The position numbers and the translations under genes were made by a program. DNA of 63,855 nucleotides, filler included, from Octopus bimaculoides (Eukaryota): the NCBI RefSeq assembly GCF_001194135.2. It is 9 parts of 8 records of this genome, joined end to end, with 100 filler letters (N's around TTAATTAATTAA, not from the genome) between each part and the next. Parts side by side here need not be neighbours in the genome. Positions count along the whole stretch, not along the records: positions 1 to 6,680 come from NC_068986.1; positions 6,781 to 17,648 come from NC_068986.1; 7 more parts are not named here. One strand, written 5' to 3'. The notes beneath the pieces are model-generated. The model worked only from the letters and a program-made list of their open reading frames with translations. It was not told where the DNA came from and did not search any database. Positions 1 through 14,116 of the stretch are shown piece after piece. How positions within the stretch are numbered: the stretch's first letter is position 1; the number at the start of each line of letters is the position of its first letter.

Positions 1-185
1 ATATATATATATACACATATATATATTTGCGTGTGTGTGTGTCTGTGTTTGCCCCCTACTACCACTTGGCCACCGGCGTTGATGTGTTTACATCCCTGTA
101 AGGTAGCGATCCGGCAAAAGAGACCAATCGAATAAGTACTTGGCCCTTTTTTATTTTCTTCTTAAGTCCTGGGTTTGATATGCTC
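1..185 (+). mobile_element. 3' half of Octopus-type tRNA-derived SINE
   Basis: TA/TG microsatellite followed by GATGTGTTTACATCCC...CGGCAAAAGAGACC..TAGAATAAGTACT-like...AAGTCCTGGG. The same block is seen in the fuller copies at 19395-19707 and 56685-57040. Confidence 0.65.
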
Positions 186-424
186 AAAGAAAAGTATGTA
201 TAATTGTATAGACCCATTTTTTTTTTGATTCACTGAATATTATTTCTAATTTTCCTTTCTTTACAACGTTAACTTGGCTTTTGCATGAGAACTCACCAAG
301 TTACTTGCCTGAGTTCTTAAAAAACAAATCCCCTTAGTGTCTGTCTTTGTATGTATGTGTGTAGCATAGAGTTGTTTTGTTACTGTGAATCAGTCCTTAA
401 GGAAACTCCGCTATTACTATTAAG

Positions 425-550
425 GTGCTGAGCTGGCAGGAGTGTTAGCACGCTGGACAAAATGCTTATAGACATTTTGTCTATCTTTATGTCCTGTGTT
501 GAAATTCCTCTGAGGTCAACTTTGCTGTTCACCCTTTTTGGAGGTCGATA
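425..550 (+). mobile_element. Decayed SINE, second family (MetaSINE-like core)
   Basis: GAGCTGGCAG...TTAGCACGCTGGACAAAATGCTTA...GAGGTCAACTTTGC...CCTTTTTGGAGGTCGATAAA matches the intact copy at 26524-26750. Confidence 0.6.
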
Positions 551-1219
551 AAGCAAGGACCAACTTGTGCCTATAATAGAAAAGGTCTATTAGTTTATTA
601 TTATTATGATTATTAAGGCAGCGAGTTGGCAGAATTGTTAGCAAGACAGGCAAAATGTTTAGCGGTATTTGAACACATTCTGAGTTCAAATACGCATATA
701 TGCATGCACACATGGAGACATACCGTAATCTACATTATATCAAGTCTTTTTCAACTTTATGTTGCTTTTTCTTTTTCCTTTCTGTTTTTTTTAGAAAGAA
801 ATTAATGGAAAAAAATATGCCAACTTCAGACGATTTATCTGACTTTATGCCAGTCTCAGGGAACATATTTAAAACATGAAAAATAAAAAACAATTCCCTA
901 AGAACAAATAAAATACTAAAGTGGAAAAAAAAAAGTCAAATAAAATATATATGAAAATATACACAAGACCGTCTATTAAAATAGATATACGCTAATGAAT
1001 TTTTTAAAAATGTTCTTACATGTTAAGTTGCATGTCTTGGAACTAAATACCAATGTGTGTGTGTGTGTGTAGATATGTATATGCCTCAATGTGTGTGTGT
1101 GTGTGTGTACACATAAATATGCATCTATATATATTCCAGCATGGCTGCAGTCAAATGACTGAACCAAGTAAAAGATATATACACGCATGCATACACACAT
1201 ACACACACACAAATATGTT

Positions 1220-1845
1220 ATGGGTATCGTTGCTGGTGCCCCTGGGCTGGCTCTTGTGCGGGTGACACACGAGGTTTCTCGAGCGAGATGAGCGTGGCCT
1301 TTGCCAGTACCGCCTGACTGGCCTTCGTGCGGGTGACACGTAAAAGCACCCACTGCACTCTCTGAGTGGTTGGCTTTGGGAGGGGCATCCAGCTGTGGAG
1401 ACACTGCCAAATCAGATTGGAGCCTGGTGTGGCCATCTGGTTTCACCAGTCCTCACTCAAATTGTCCGGCCCATGCTAGCATGGAAAGCGGACGTTAAAC
1501 GATGACGACAATACGTACAGACATAAATATATATATATATATATATATATCGCCTGACTGGCCTTTGTAGGGTTTTCGAGCGAGATCGTTGCCAGTGCCC
1601 CTGGACTGGCTCTTGTGCGGGTGGCACGTAAAAGACACCATTTCGAGCATGGCCGTTTTCGTGCGGGTGACACGTAAAAGCACCCACTACACTCTCTGAG
1701 TGGTTGGCGTTAGGAAGGGCATCCAGCTGTAGAAACTCTGCCAAATTAGATTGGAGCCTGGTGTTGCCATCCGGTTTCACCAGTCCTCAGTCAAATCGTC
1801 CAACCCATGCTAGCATGGAAGGCGGACGTTAAACGATGATGATGA
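1220..1845 (+). mobile_element. Two tandem 3' ends of an RTE-type LINE (or RTE-tailed SINE)
   Basis: Two copies (~1220-1510 and ~1550-1845) of GTGCGGGTGACACGTAAAAGCACCCA...GGGCATCCAGCTGT...GTTTCACCAGTCCTCA...ATGCTAGCATGGAA.GCGGACGTTAAACGATGA with (GAT)n-like tails. The same tail recurs at 28870-28940. Confidence 0.6.
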
Positions 1846-2187
1846 TTTTTCTTCAAAATTCATATATTAAGAACGTTTGAAGGTTGTTGTTGATTACAAA
1901 GTTAGTTTAGATATTTAATCATTTAGTAATTATCATTGCAAGATTAATGTCGCTGTTAACTCTTTTCTAACCAGTAATTTATTTCCATCCGAGTGGTTGA
2001 TGTAAATTTCTTGGCTGACTAAAGAACGACATGGTTTCAATAATATACTTAATATCAGTGTTAGTGATACTAATGTAAGACATAGCTGTTGCCAAACCTG
2101 TACTTTATGTCGGCTGTAGACTGCTACAGCTTGACAAATATACACGACATAATAGTTATGTCACAAACAGTTATTGTGGTTGTTTAA

Positions 2188-2466
2188 CCCATTACCTCCC
2201 ATAATTCTATTAACTGGAATTTTTTTAATGAAACTTTGATTTCTAGCATAAAACAACCTTAGAAACACACTCGAATGATCAAAATAACATTTTAAATAAA
2301 AAATAAGCGAGATATTGGGTGAAAAATTAGCAAACCTCATTTGAATATCAGAGAAATATACTTAGTAGATATAGCAAAAAGGTTAGATATGTGTAAATAT
2401 TGACAGATAATTACGAAATTTGTAATTTTTAAGTGATTTCGTATGAGATCACTGGTAGGTAATGGG
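2188..2466. mobile_element. piggyBac-type MITE
   Basis: TTAA|CCCATTACCT at 2184 and AGGTAATGGG|TTAA ending at 2470: terminal inverted repeats with TTAA on both flanks. Confidence 0.75.
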
Positions 2467-2572
2467 TTAAGACACCAGTTATGCTTGATGCTTGATTTAG
2501 CAGACATGTTGATAAGACATTAGAAATGGTAGGATATGAAATTGAGTAGATTTAGTACCTCTAGTGACTCAC

Positions 2573-2617
2573 ATGGCATTGTAGAGACTCTTCTGTTTTG
2601 CTCTTATTTTGTAGCCT
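2573..2617 (-). CDS. Putative 45-nt internal exon of an unidentified gene
   Basis: Minus strand acceptor GTGTTTTATCAG| and donor CAT|GTGAGT. Open frame (R)GYKIRAKQKSLYNA is phase-compatible with the candidate exon at 4883-5002. No homology recognised. Confidence 0.3.
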
Positions 2618-4882
2618 CTGATAAAACACATCTAATGTGTGTGTGTGTGTACAGTATTTTGTGTTTTACATATCATCTTGATTCATTATTAAATAATTTT
2701 TTTTTTTTGTTTTATCATTTTATTATACTAGACAAATTTAGAAAACATAGTTTGATATTCACCAGGAATGTGAACATGCCGCTATTTTTTTTAAGCCAGG
2801 TGGTCTCACATGAGGAAATGGCCATGGCAACTTCATATACATATGCCCCAACTCTTAATGCATACATATGTAATTGTCTTCCATACTGTTTCTGTCTAGT
2901 AACCCCACTGGCGAGGCACTGTTTGACCTAAATAGTAGATGCTTGGCCAAAGTGTGGTGCTGTCAGACTGGACGTAAGACTACGTGGTAGCAAAATGAAC
3001 TTTCTTGTCTACTCCGCCATACCTATGTGTGTGTGTAAAGTAAGGGAGAGAGAGATGTATATATATGATATAGATATAGCTATATAGATATGCATGTATG
3101 GATTTCCTGTAAGTCAGTCTCAATTTCTTGGTTGATGACTTGAGAGTATATTTAAGAAAAGTCTTACTTTTAAAAATTATAAGTTTATGTAGCAAAAAGC
3201 TTAAAAAATAAAACGTGTATAATTCATTACTTGTTGCCTACTTTGAAAAGCAAAGTGGAGGGCCTGGGAGGGATTTGAGTTCAGAAAATGAAAGAGATGA
3301 AATCCAATACCACAGGGTATTTTGTACAATGCCATATAAATTTGGCCGACCACTCTGTGTGTGTGTGTGTATTTGAAAATAATATATTTGTATTAACCCC
3401 TGTGCAGTTGGACATAAATTTATTGGCATTATGAAAAGATTTCAATTGTAAAACTTCTTTTCCTGTGATACATTCCCTATTGCACTAAATATTATTACCA
3501 GGTCCATTTGATATGCTTTATGTCCATATTGAGCTCACATTAGATGCGATGAAGCAGATCTGTTTATCCAGTCTTGAATAGGCTTTTGAATAATTATGTA
3601 TCTGTGTTTTCTACGAATCTTTGTAGTGTGTGTGTGTGTACATGCTAGAAATTATTTTAATCACACCAACATCCTGAAATCTGTTCTAGTTTACTATTCT
3701 GGTTAATATATTCCTGCATATTCATTACTTTTGTTTTTCTTTTTGGTTGTTGTAAATCCTCAACCTATGGCAGTGCAGTACCAATTCTTATTATTTAGTT
3801 TGGGTCGTCACATGAAAGGTGGACTTTTTGACATTAGCATCGATGATAAATTATCCAAAAGTGTTGCAATTACTATCACAGATTATCTTTTTTTTTACAG
3901 GAAGCAACTGAATAGTTAGGTTTAGGGCCCATTCAGTTTATAGTTGGTATTTCTTGATATTGGGTTGAAAGACTGACATTTCTTCCATCCAATCTTTGAC
4001 CTTTTTTTTTTGGTTTTGTTTTGTAAATTTTAAAAAAAGAATTTTTTTTTTAAAGCTATTTTTGTATTTTTATTTTCCCTGACTTATTGTATGAATTGGG
4101 AATATCTAAAATAATACAATGTTTGGTACCTCCCGTGCATGTACAATTTTCAGAGAAATAATTCAACTCTATGTTCAAAATTAGTGTCTGAGCGGGAAAA
4201 AACTCCCAGATTTACTCAGACGTAATGTGGTGTCAGAAGTGTCCACCCACACAGCTAGACAAAGAAAACCTTTTGTGTGCTTGTTCTAAAATATTCAGTA
4301 AGTCAGTCCGTGAATGTGAGAAGACGCTGGATGTATTCAAATTCACAAACAAACACAGTGATATCAAGAGTCATTAATGTCACTGAGAAATTTTTTTAAT
4401 TTTTATTTTCTATTATTATTATTATTATTTCAAAGTCCTTGATCACATCATCATGTGTATAGAGGTAAGATCTAGATCACTATATCTCTTTCTCTTTCTC
4501 TCTCTCTCTTCCACTCCAAATCCTATGGCAAATAAATTGTACCTTACATATGTTGCTTAAAGTGACATTGGTATTAAGATCTGAATGTACCTTTTGTACA
4601 TCATTTAAATACTGTACTTTTATCAACATAAACAAGGGGAATGGGAAAAGGATTTTAAATGGTAGAGTAAGCAACTTCACAAAAAAACGTATTTAAAAAA
4701 ACAAAATGAAAATGCATGATTCTGTTGGGGTGGAGGAGTGACATTTATTAGGCTAGTTATGTTAGGGTTATTTGATCTTAAAGCTTTCTGTTCAAAATGA
4801 AGATTGGATTACTGTAGGTTCTGCTACTCAAAATTGTCTGCCTCTTTTCTACGTTCCAGTAAAAGCTATATAGAATACATAC

Positions 4883-5002
4883 CTCATACATCTACTCCAT
4901 AGACAGTATTTTATAACTGTTGCAACGCTCATGTTTGATCTTCTTTCCAGTCTTTTGAGAGTGTCCAACTCCAGCTTCGTTTCAGTTTCCTTCTACAAAT
5001 AT
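4883..5002 (-). CDS. Putative exon of an unidentified gene (possible start at 4932: MSVATVIKYCLWSRCM)
   Basis: Minus strand acceptor GTGTGCAG| and donor GAG|GTATGT, high-complexity sequence, ATG at 4932 open to the donor in phase 2. No homology recognised. Confidence 0.3.
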
Positions 5003-5232
5003 CTGCACACATTAAATAATAGTACTATAGTCCTTCGACATTATCCTTCTATATAAATTTTTTTTTTTTCCACCCAATGTGCTCAAAGATCTTGAAATAA
5101 AATAAAATAAAAATGCAGTTTTTACCTATTTTATGTTACCATAAATAAAAAAAACTATTTCTCTTCCTTCCCCTCTTCTAATTCCCATGCTTCAGTTGCA
5201 AGTTGCAAGAAAGAATATTCTCTCATTTTTTA

Positions 5233-5355
<123 letters not shown>

Positions 5356-5654
5356 GTCTTCCTTTCTTTAAGTAAAGTTATTATCTATTATGAAAAATTT
5401 TTTTTTTCTTTTCCCCAGAACATTCATTCCATCAATTCACTTGTACTATTGGAGAGCTCAGGTGTTTGAAAGCTTGAAAGTGGCTCATATACTACTATTA
5501 TGCCTACTACTACATTGGTCTACATTTTGGCTAGCAGCAATTATTTTGACCAATTCTACAGAGAATAGTCATCCTTAGTAGGGCTTCAATTAAAAAATTG
5601 CAATCCATCAGACCTCACCCTGACTTAGTGTTCTTTACACTCTCTCTTTCTCTC

Positions 5655-5695
<41 letters not shown>

Positions 5696-6724
5696 CACTC
5701 ACACACTCACTCCAGCTTTTTGTATATATGTTGTATTTTCAAGTGGAAATAATATACTACTTCAAATATTACACATAAAATATCCTTTTAACCACTTATT
5801 AATTGTAATTCTAGCCTCATAAAGGTATTTGTTCTCAGTTGATTTGTTTGTTTGATAGTCAAATTATATTTACTTTCAACAACTATTTTAATTTTCACTG
5901 TTTAGACAATCATACGCACACACAGTAACTACATACATAATGATGATGTTATATACATGTGTGTGTATGTACATACATACGTATATACATAGACACACAC
6001 ACACACATACATAATGATGATGCTTGAGTTAATTTTCAGACAGGCCACTAATATATATGTCCTAGTGGATTAATACTCTGTATTATTTGATGTGCTATTG
6101 TAAGGAATTATTGTTGCTTGAGCTTTCTAAAAACTAATGGGAAATATATGTATTGCCATTTGTGTCTCTAGAGATCAATGAACAATTTACTAGCTATTGA
6201 TTTTTTTTCTTTTCTTTTTTTTAACCGTGTTTATAGTACCTTTCTAAATTGATAAGTGCAAAAGACTTTAAAAAACACTGTTTTATTGACAGCAAACGAC
6301 TTAAATTAATAACATTTAACAAAGGGAAAGTTTATTTCACTATCCTAACATTTTTTTTTTTTTTGTATTTTTTAAAATTCTCTTTTGCTGCAATCAAATA
6401 TTTAAAATCCTTATTTTGACTCTTAATTTAACCCTTAGAAACACTGACACCAGGATATATATATATATAGATAACTTTATTATTATTGTTGTTGTTGTTG
6501 TTGTCTTCTGATTCCAAATGAATTAATTATGTAGTTTTCAACCTATGACACAGAAATGTTATCATTCTTAATTTAAGTACTTACGCTTCAGATACAGTTT
6601 CAACTGGTATCTTAAGTTACGGTTATATTAGTGCAATTTCATTAATCTCTCACTCTCCCTCTCTTGCTTTTTCCTTAATCNNNNNNNNNNNNNNNNNNNN
6701 NNNNNNNNNNNNNNNNNNNNNNNN

Positions 6725-6736
6725 TTAATTAATTAA
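6725..6736. other. Artificial scaffold-join spacer TTAATTAATTAA (also 17693, 20944, 23198, 32081, 52480, 54205, 62595)
   Basis: Identical 12-mer, always flanked by N on both sides in a 100-bp gap. It places stop codons in all six frames. Confidence 0.95.
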
Positions 6737-6842
6737 NNNNNNNNNNNNNNNNNNNNNNNNNNNNNNNNNNNNNNNNNNNNGGGGGTTTGAAGTGAAAGGG
6801 AGAGAAGGAGAGAGAGGGAGTTGAGTGGATGAGGAGATGATT

Positions 6843-6890
<48 letters not shown>

Positions 6891-6971
6891 GCTGATTTGG
6901 CTTTTACAGACAATCATTTCACATCCACATTCCACAAAGGTTGGAACTAATCAGAAAATGTTCTCAGAAAA

Positions 6972-7010
<39 letters not shown>

Positions 7011-7994
7011 AGTAGCAACAACAACAAAAAGGATTATACCTATAATGAAAATTGCAGGCATGGCTGCTGGAAAGGTTGGCTGGTCATAAAGATTGGCTAA
7101 TTTCTTTATTCACCTTCCTATCATCATGGCTTTTTACCCATCTTTCCTTCTACACCTTCTTCCCTTCTACCCTGGTCTCATCATCATTTTCTACTCTATT
7201 TTATCATTACACACTTGTCTCATCCCCTCTCTCTCTCTCTCTCTCTCTCTGTCTATCTGTCTCAATATTTATTCCTCTATTTGCATCACCTTCCCTATAT
7301 GAATGACAATTCTCTGACCTCTCTTCTTTCTTCACCCACCCCCGATTCCATTTCTTATATATTTATTACTCTAACTGAAGTGATACACTATCCATTTTCC
7401 AGATGAAGTTCTTGAAAAATCTCTATATTAAAAGACCATTCAGGCAGTGGCCTGGAAGTACATTTTTTGGAGTGGTTTGCTGTCAGGATCAATCTGTTAG
7501 CTTACGTGTTGAGAGTTAGTCAAATCTTAACTCTAAGTCACTCAGTCTTGAGGTGGTACAGTGAAAGACTTATTAATCAGAAAAGCTAAGAGAACAATCT
7601 ACTGAATAGAGCTTGCACTTAAGTGATCTATCTTATTGCTTCAACCATTGAGTAGCTTGCTTTTTCTACTTTCTGACCTTTCTTGCTAGCTATGACAAGA
7701 AATTAGAGTTCGTATAGTCTTCTTACAAGAGCTATAAACTTTACTTTTTCTGTTTAGTTCACAAGATGGTGATTTCAAACCTCACTGGAGACATCGTAGT
7801 CTGTCCCTGATGATTCCCATGCAGCCAACTGGTTCGTGCTGTTGATAACGTTGTTCCTTAGTCTTTTATCTTTTACTTGTTTCTGTCATTAGTCCGTGGC
7901 CATGCTAGAGCAACCACCTTGAAGAATTTTTAATCAGTTGAATGGACTCCGGTACATGCTTTTTTAAGCTTAGTACTTATTCCATTGGTCTTAT

Positions 7995-8140
7995 ACGCAA
8001 CTGGTACTTAATTTATTAACCCTGAAAGGATGAAAAGCAAAGTCGACCTTGGTGGAATTTGAACTCGGAACATAAAGACAGACGAAATACCACTAAGCAT
8101 TTAGCCCCGCATGCTAATGTTTCTGCCAGCTTGCTGCCTT
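7995..8140 (-). mobile_element. SINE (MetaSINE-like family), minus strand
   Basis: CTGGTACTTAATTTATT..CCCTGAAAGGATGAAAAGCAAAGTCGACCTTGGTGGAATTTGAACTC...TAAGCATTTAGCCC..CATGCTAA..TTTCTGCCAGCT is the reverse complement of 26524-26655. Confidence 0.7.
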
Positions 8141-8153
8141 ATACTGCAGTATA

Positions 8154-8630
8154 CCATAAATCCTCGAGTATAGTCCGCCCTTGAGTATAATACGCAGGGG
8201 ATTTTTAGGGGGCTCTACCTCTGAAAAACCTAAACCTTGTGTATAATACGCACCCCTTCTCTTACTTGAGTCAAGGAGGTCTATATAACGTCCTTGGTTT
8301 GTACACATATACGGTAATGTCCTTTATTATTATTGTATATATAACATAATGCAAGTGTGTAGCTTTTTTGTGCACTTTGTTTGCAGAAAATAAAGAAATA
8401 ACAGTAATAACGTCAGTGAAAAATAAATATAGCTTAATGTATTAGCTTAAGGTATTTTCGCGCCTGACATCACAAAATGCGTCTGAATAAACATTGCCAG
8501 ACAGCAAATAAAGACTTGGACATTGCTTAGAAAATATTTTTTTATTTTTAACCTCGCATATAGTACGCACTAGGGATTTTGACCTTTAAATTTTGGGAAA
8601 AAAATGCGGATTATACTCGAGGATTTACGG
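8154..8630. mobile_element. Tc1/pogo-type MITE
   Basis: TA|CCATAAATCCTCGAGTATAGTCCGC at the left end and GCGGATTATACTCGAGGATTTACGG|CA at the right end: ~25-bp TIRs, with a TA TSD mutated to CA on the right. Confidence 0.75.
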
Positions 8631-8780
8631 CATTTCAGCTCTTTATGTTCTAAGTTTTACATCTTGTCTTGATCAACTTTTGTCTTTTATCCCTCATGGG
8701 GCCATGAAATAAAGCACTGTTCATGTGCTGAGGTCAGTCAAATCAACTTCTGGCCTTGTGCCTAAACTAGAAATGATGAA

Positions 8781-8816
<36 letters not shown>

Positions 8817-8827
8817 ATTATTATTAA

Positions 8828-8873
<46 letters not shown>

Positions 8874-9708
8874 TTCTATTTGCAGCTGTGCTTTTTTTTG
8901 TTTTTTTGTTTTTTTTAATAAATTATTTGTAAAATTTTAGTTATGACTAGAATCCACAATCCTATAATTCCAGGAGCTATTTGCATAATTCTCTTCATTA
9001 AAAAAAAACAACTTTTGGATACATGTTGTTGTTGTTGCTGTTGTTAATGTGAGAAATAAATTAAGTTAGCAGCCATAATCAGATGAAAATATTGACTGCA
9101 AAAATTTAACCTTGCAGTGATATGGTAAAACAAGTATGGCATAATAGAGTCATTAATAATCTTTGGCATAATTAGCTGAAACAATAACGAAAGAGGTAGT
9201 CGATAATTTTCACTGCACTGATGTGTTTGTGGCTTCTGTTTCTGAGTTCAATTTCTGTGTGAGTTGACAGTGAATTTTTTTGTCTGGTGGGGGAATGTTT
9301 TTTTTTTTTCTTTTTTTGTCCCAAGTTAGCTCTCACTCAGTAGACCTATTGATGCAAAGCATTCCAGCCATGGCCATCCTGTTCTTCATTTTGTCATTGT
9401 GCAGCTAGAATTACATTATCTGCTTTTTTTTCCTTCTTTTCATGGCTGTAAGATATTTGAGGGAGATATGACTGTTGTTTCTAGCAGGTTTAGTTACCAG
9501 CTACAGGCTCCTTCATTGGCTTGTGTTTCTCTATCTTTTACTTGTTTTAGTCATTGGACTGCGACCATCTTGGGGCACACCTTTAAGGGCTGAACAAATT
9601 GATGCCAGTAGTTATATTGCTAAGTCTGATACTTATTCTATATGCTACATTATGGGGACATAAACAAACCAACAGTGGCTGTCAAGTGATAGAGGGGGCA
9701 AACACAAA

Positions 9709-9749
<41 letters not shown>

Positions 9750-9759
9750 ATTTAAGAGT

Positions 9760-10105
9760 GGTGGCTTCGAAAGGGGTCTCAAAGAGTAGCATCCCGGCCT
9801 TCTTGGGCTAGTTTGCCACCACATTTCTTAAAAATCCTGGTAGGGGTCGTTGGTCTCAGACCACTCATGTCAAGAAATTGAGGTTTGGGGTAAGCAAGGG
9901 CATGCTCCCCATAGAAAATCCAGCTCCAAAAAAGTCTCATGATAACAAAGGAGGATGGGCACCAACCAACCAGCCAGCCAGCCAGCCAGCTCAAAGGTTG
10001 GGGTGGGCTGCACCTGCCTACCTCGGTTGCTATGGCATTGGGGTAGATCCAGCCACCCCAGTTAACGGGGACAAAACCTGGGTTTAAAACACTGGATGAT
10101 GATAA
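9760..10105 (+). mobile_element. GC-rich 3' end of a non-LTR retroposon
   Basis: GGTAAGCAAGGGCATGCTCCC motif, GC-rich body and a (GAT)n tail. Family not determined. Confidence 0.4.
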
Positions 10106-10224
10106 GCACATTCATACATACACACACGTGACAGACTTTAGATTCCATTGATCTAGTTCCCTCACAAAGTCCAGAGGACATTTGACCAAAGAGCTGTGCA
10201 ATGAAACTGAACCCTGGACCCCAT

Positions 10225-10387
10225 AACAACAGGCTTCCATACCGTTTCTGTCTACCAAATTCACTCCCAAGGTGTTGGTCAGTCTGGGGCTATGATAGAA
10301 AACACTTACCTAAGGTACCTTGTAGTGGGAATTGAACTCAAAACCATATCATTCATTGCAAAGCAAGCTTTTTACCACACCTGTGCT
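10225..10387 (-). mobile_element. tRNA-SINE head, minus strand
   Basis: CCGTTTCTGTCTACCAAATTCACT...GGCTATGATAGAAAACACTTACCTAAGG...AAGCAAGCTTTTTACCACACCTGTGC is the reverse complement of the head at 19395. Confidence 0.65.
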
Positions 10388-12203
10388 TGTTAGATATGTT
10401 TCTATAAGTTGTTTGATTAGTTTTGATTTCTCTTCAGATACCAGTGTTGTCATTTTCTCTTTCTGTTCTTTGTATTTGCAGATATTTCCTTTGAAAAAAT
10501 TACTGACTTTGTCAGCAAATGGAAAGGAATATGGAAAAGTAAAGGTTGAGGTTTCTGCCCAAACTTACAGAATGGTGGAACTTTAACAATGAACTATTGG
10601 TGCCAGATTCTTCAGTTATATCTACCTGCGGCTGGCATTTTGAGTGTGTTTTTGCTTGCTATCTCTATTGATAACATTGCATCAGTACCTACTGTCTGCC
10701 ACTTACTTAATAAAAACGGAAGAGAACAGGGATGCTGACGATGACAACAACAACAATGGCAACAGAAACCAACAGTGACATCGACAGCATTGCAGGGGAA
10801 GTTAATCACTTTTACCACCAGCAGTAGATTGGCCTTCAGAACTTAGATTTAAGGAGATAAAAAAATATACCATCGACAATAACAACAACATCAACAACAA
10901 CTGCAGTAGAAGCAGTAATTGAAACAAAGAAAATCAGGAGAAGAAACTGAACATGTAATTTCATGCCAAGCAATGTTGTTTTGAAGGAGACCGAATAATG
11001 CAAGCTGTCTTTGTCATATTCCAACAATTACCTTGTAATCTTTATCCTGTTCTGTTTCGTCCTTCAATCAAACAGTAATGCTTGCACCAAACTCCCTTCC
11101 TGACTAAAAAGGAAAAAAAAAAAAAAAAAATTTTAATTAAGGTATAATATATAAATAAACAGTAAAGGAAAAATAAAAATCTTGATAGAACACAGAAAGA
11201 AACTGTTGGTCGTAAAAAAAATCTTTTAAAAAAAAAAATGAAGAAAAATTTCTTAATGAATCTGCATCAATAAAAAAAATAACATAGAAATAATAACAAC
11301 AAAAAATGTGGCCAAGCCAGTTCTACTAGTGGCTACTGGAAACTTTGGTCCTCCCTGGATATGACCCGACCCCTGTTCCCTTGAATGACATCCCCCCACT
11401 CCTCTGTTTCAGGGCCGACAATAGGAAATAGATTCATTTTGGTGTTTTGCCTCTCAANNNNNNNNNNNNNNNNNNNNNNNNNNNNNNNNNNNNNNNNNNN
11501 NNNNNNNNNNNNNNNNNNNNNNNNNNNNNNNNNNNNNNNNNNNNNNNNNNNNNNNNNNNNNNNNNNNNNNNNNNNNNNNNNNNNNNNNNNNNNNNNNNNN
11601 NNNNNNNNNNNNNNNNNNNNNNNNNNNNNNNNNNNNNNNNNNNNNNNNNNNNNNNNNNNNNNNNNNNNNNNNNNNNNNNNNNNNNNNNNNNNNNNNNNNN
11701 NNNNNNNNNNNNNNNNNNNNNNNNNNNNNNNNNNNNNNNNNNNNNNNNNNNNNNNNNNNNNNNNNNNNNNNNNNNNNNNNNNNNNNNNNNNNNNNNNNNN
11801 NNNNNNNNNNNNNNNNNNNNNNNNNNNNNNNNNNNNNNNNNNNNNNNNNNNNNNNNNNNNNNNNNNNNNNNNNNNNNNNNNNNNNNNNNNNNNNNNNNNN
11901 NNNNNNNNNNNNNNNNNNNNNNNNNNNNNNNNNNNNNNNNNNNNNNNNNNNNNNNNNNNNNNNNNNNNNNNNNNNNNNNNNNNNNNNNNNNNNNNNNNNN
12001 NNNNNNNNNNNNNNNNNNNNNNNNNNNNNNNNNNNNNNNNNNNNNNNNNNNNNNNNNNNNNNNNNNNNNNNNNNNNNNNNNNNNNNNNNNNNNNNNNNNN
12101 NNNNNNNNNNNNNNNNNNNNNNNNNNNNNNNNNNNNNNNNNNNNNNNNNNNNNNNNNNNNNNNNNNNNNNNNNNNNNNNNNNNNNNNNNNNNNNNNNNNN
12201 NNN

Positions 12204-12520
12204 NATACATGCTTGCATTCATACATACATACATATTTGCATACATACAAATACACATACATCACGCTAATGTGCATATTAGCATACACACTAATATGCA
12301 TACCTATGTATACGAAACATACATACACACATACATACACACATACATTTATATGTTGATACATATATACATACACGCATACATCTATATGTTGATACAT
12401 ATATACATGCTTGCATTCATACATACATACATACATATTTACATACATACAAATACATATACATAACATCAGGCTAATGTGCATATTAGCATACACGCTA
12501 ATATGCATACATGCTAGTAT
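12204..12520. repeat. Tandem duplication of a ~200-bp CATA-rich unit
   Basis: ACATGCTTGCATTCATACATAC...GCTAATGTGCATATTAGCATACAC.CTAATATGCATAC occurs at ~12204 and ~12405. Confidence 0.75.
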
Positions 12521-12881
12521 GCATACCCATGTATACAAAAGATAGCTGCGTGTATGCGAAAACAGTAGTGAGGAAATATATCTGCATAGCTACTCTATCA
12601 GCCTGGCACATCTTAGCAGCACTTTGAGGACTCTTAGTTCTGTTCAGTATTACTCAGAGCATCTATGTCCTCTCATCTAAGCACCAACCTTTCTCAAAGC
12701 ATAACACATGCCATGCATGCACACATGTGTGAACACACTTGTGTTTGCATAGTTTGCATAGGTGCAAACACAGAGAGTGACAGAGGTTAGGCTGTAATAG
12801 CTTGTCTCTCACTGTCCTGTTGCATCTAATTTCTGTGCTATAAACACGTGCAGGAACTGATTTTCTCTATTTACATGCATG

Positions 12882-12925
<44 letters not shown>

Positions 12926-13185
12926 GTGTGCTTATTTATCGCATACAAGCATTCAATGACTGGTCCATAAGCACACATAAACGCATACAGTGTTAAGCTT
13001 AGCACTCTCACACAAACACACATGCATGTGCCATACATACAGGAAAAAAATTGGTATGCCATACACAGAAAATATCAACGTTCTGTATGCACATACACTT
13101 AGGCTCATGTATACACACACACACAAACACACACACAAATACAGTTACACACAGAAGTCTCTGAAGTACTGACTAGTGTATTAAT

Positions 13186-13218
<33 letters not shown>

Positions 13219-13239
13219 ACACACACACANNNNNNNNNN

Positions 13240-13299
<60 letters not shown>

Positions 13300-13554
13300 C
13301 ACACACAGACTGGTGTGTTACTTGTAGTAACTGATGTCTTTGACATTGGAATATGGTGTGTTTTCACAGTTGGAAATTTTAGCATTTTCTTGGATTGACA
13401 CATTTCTGAAGAGTTCTTCCCTGAACAAGCAGAATTTTTCCTACTATTATACTTTTTTGTCTGTCTGTCTGTCTGTCTCTCATTTTAAACCCCTTCCCTT
13501 TCTCTCCCATGTACCTGCATTGCTTACCCTGCTCTTTTTCTATCTTCCCTATCG

Positions 13555-13586
<32 letters not shown>

Positions 13587-14084
13587 ATGTTTGTGCTCCA
13601 TGTTTTCTAGTTTGATTTTAATTTCATTTGCTGTATAATTTTTCTTTTATTTAAATGATTGTTTTTTGTAATTAAAACTTTGATGCTTTCAAGAATTTGG
13701 TAATCCACCCCTACCATCTGTAATCATATTGCTCACTACACCCTACACACATACACACACCTTCACTCTCACATACACACGTATACTACAATTCTTGCAT
13801 GCACACTTAACATCCATACATCCAAATGTAACAACCAGACAGACATACATAGGCTCCACAAAGTACATCGTAATTTGTGAAAATGAAGAATTTTTTAATT
13901 GCTCAGCAATTAATTATAAAGAAATGAAAATAAATTACATGAGATCCAACCATAGTGAAATGCAAAAGAAACAAAATGGAAAGAATGAATTTCAAATCTG
14001 ACATACAAAACAGAGGAGACATGTACACATTACCCAAATAAATTATATGTATTATACACACACACACACATACACAAACATATA

Positions 14085-14116
<32 letters not shown>

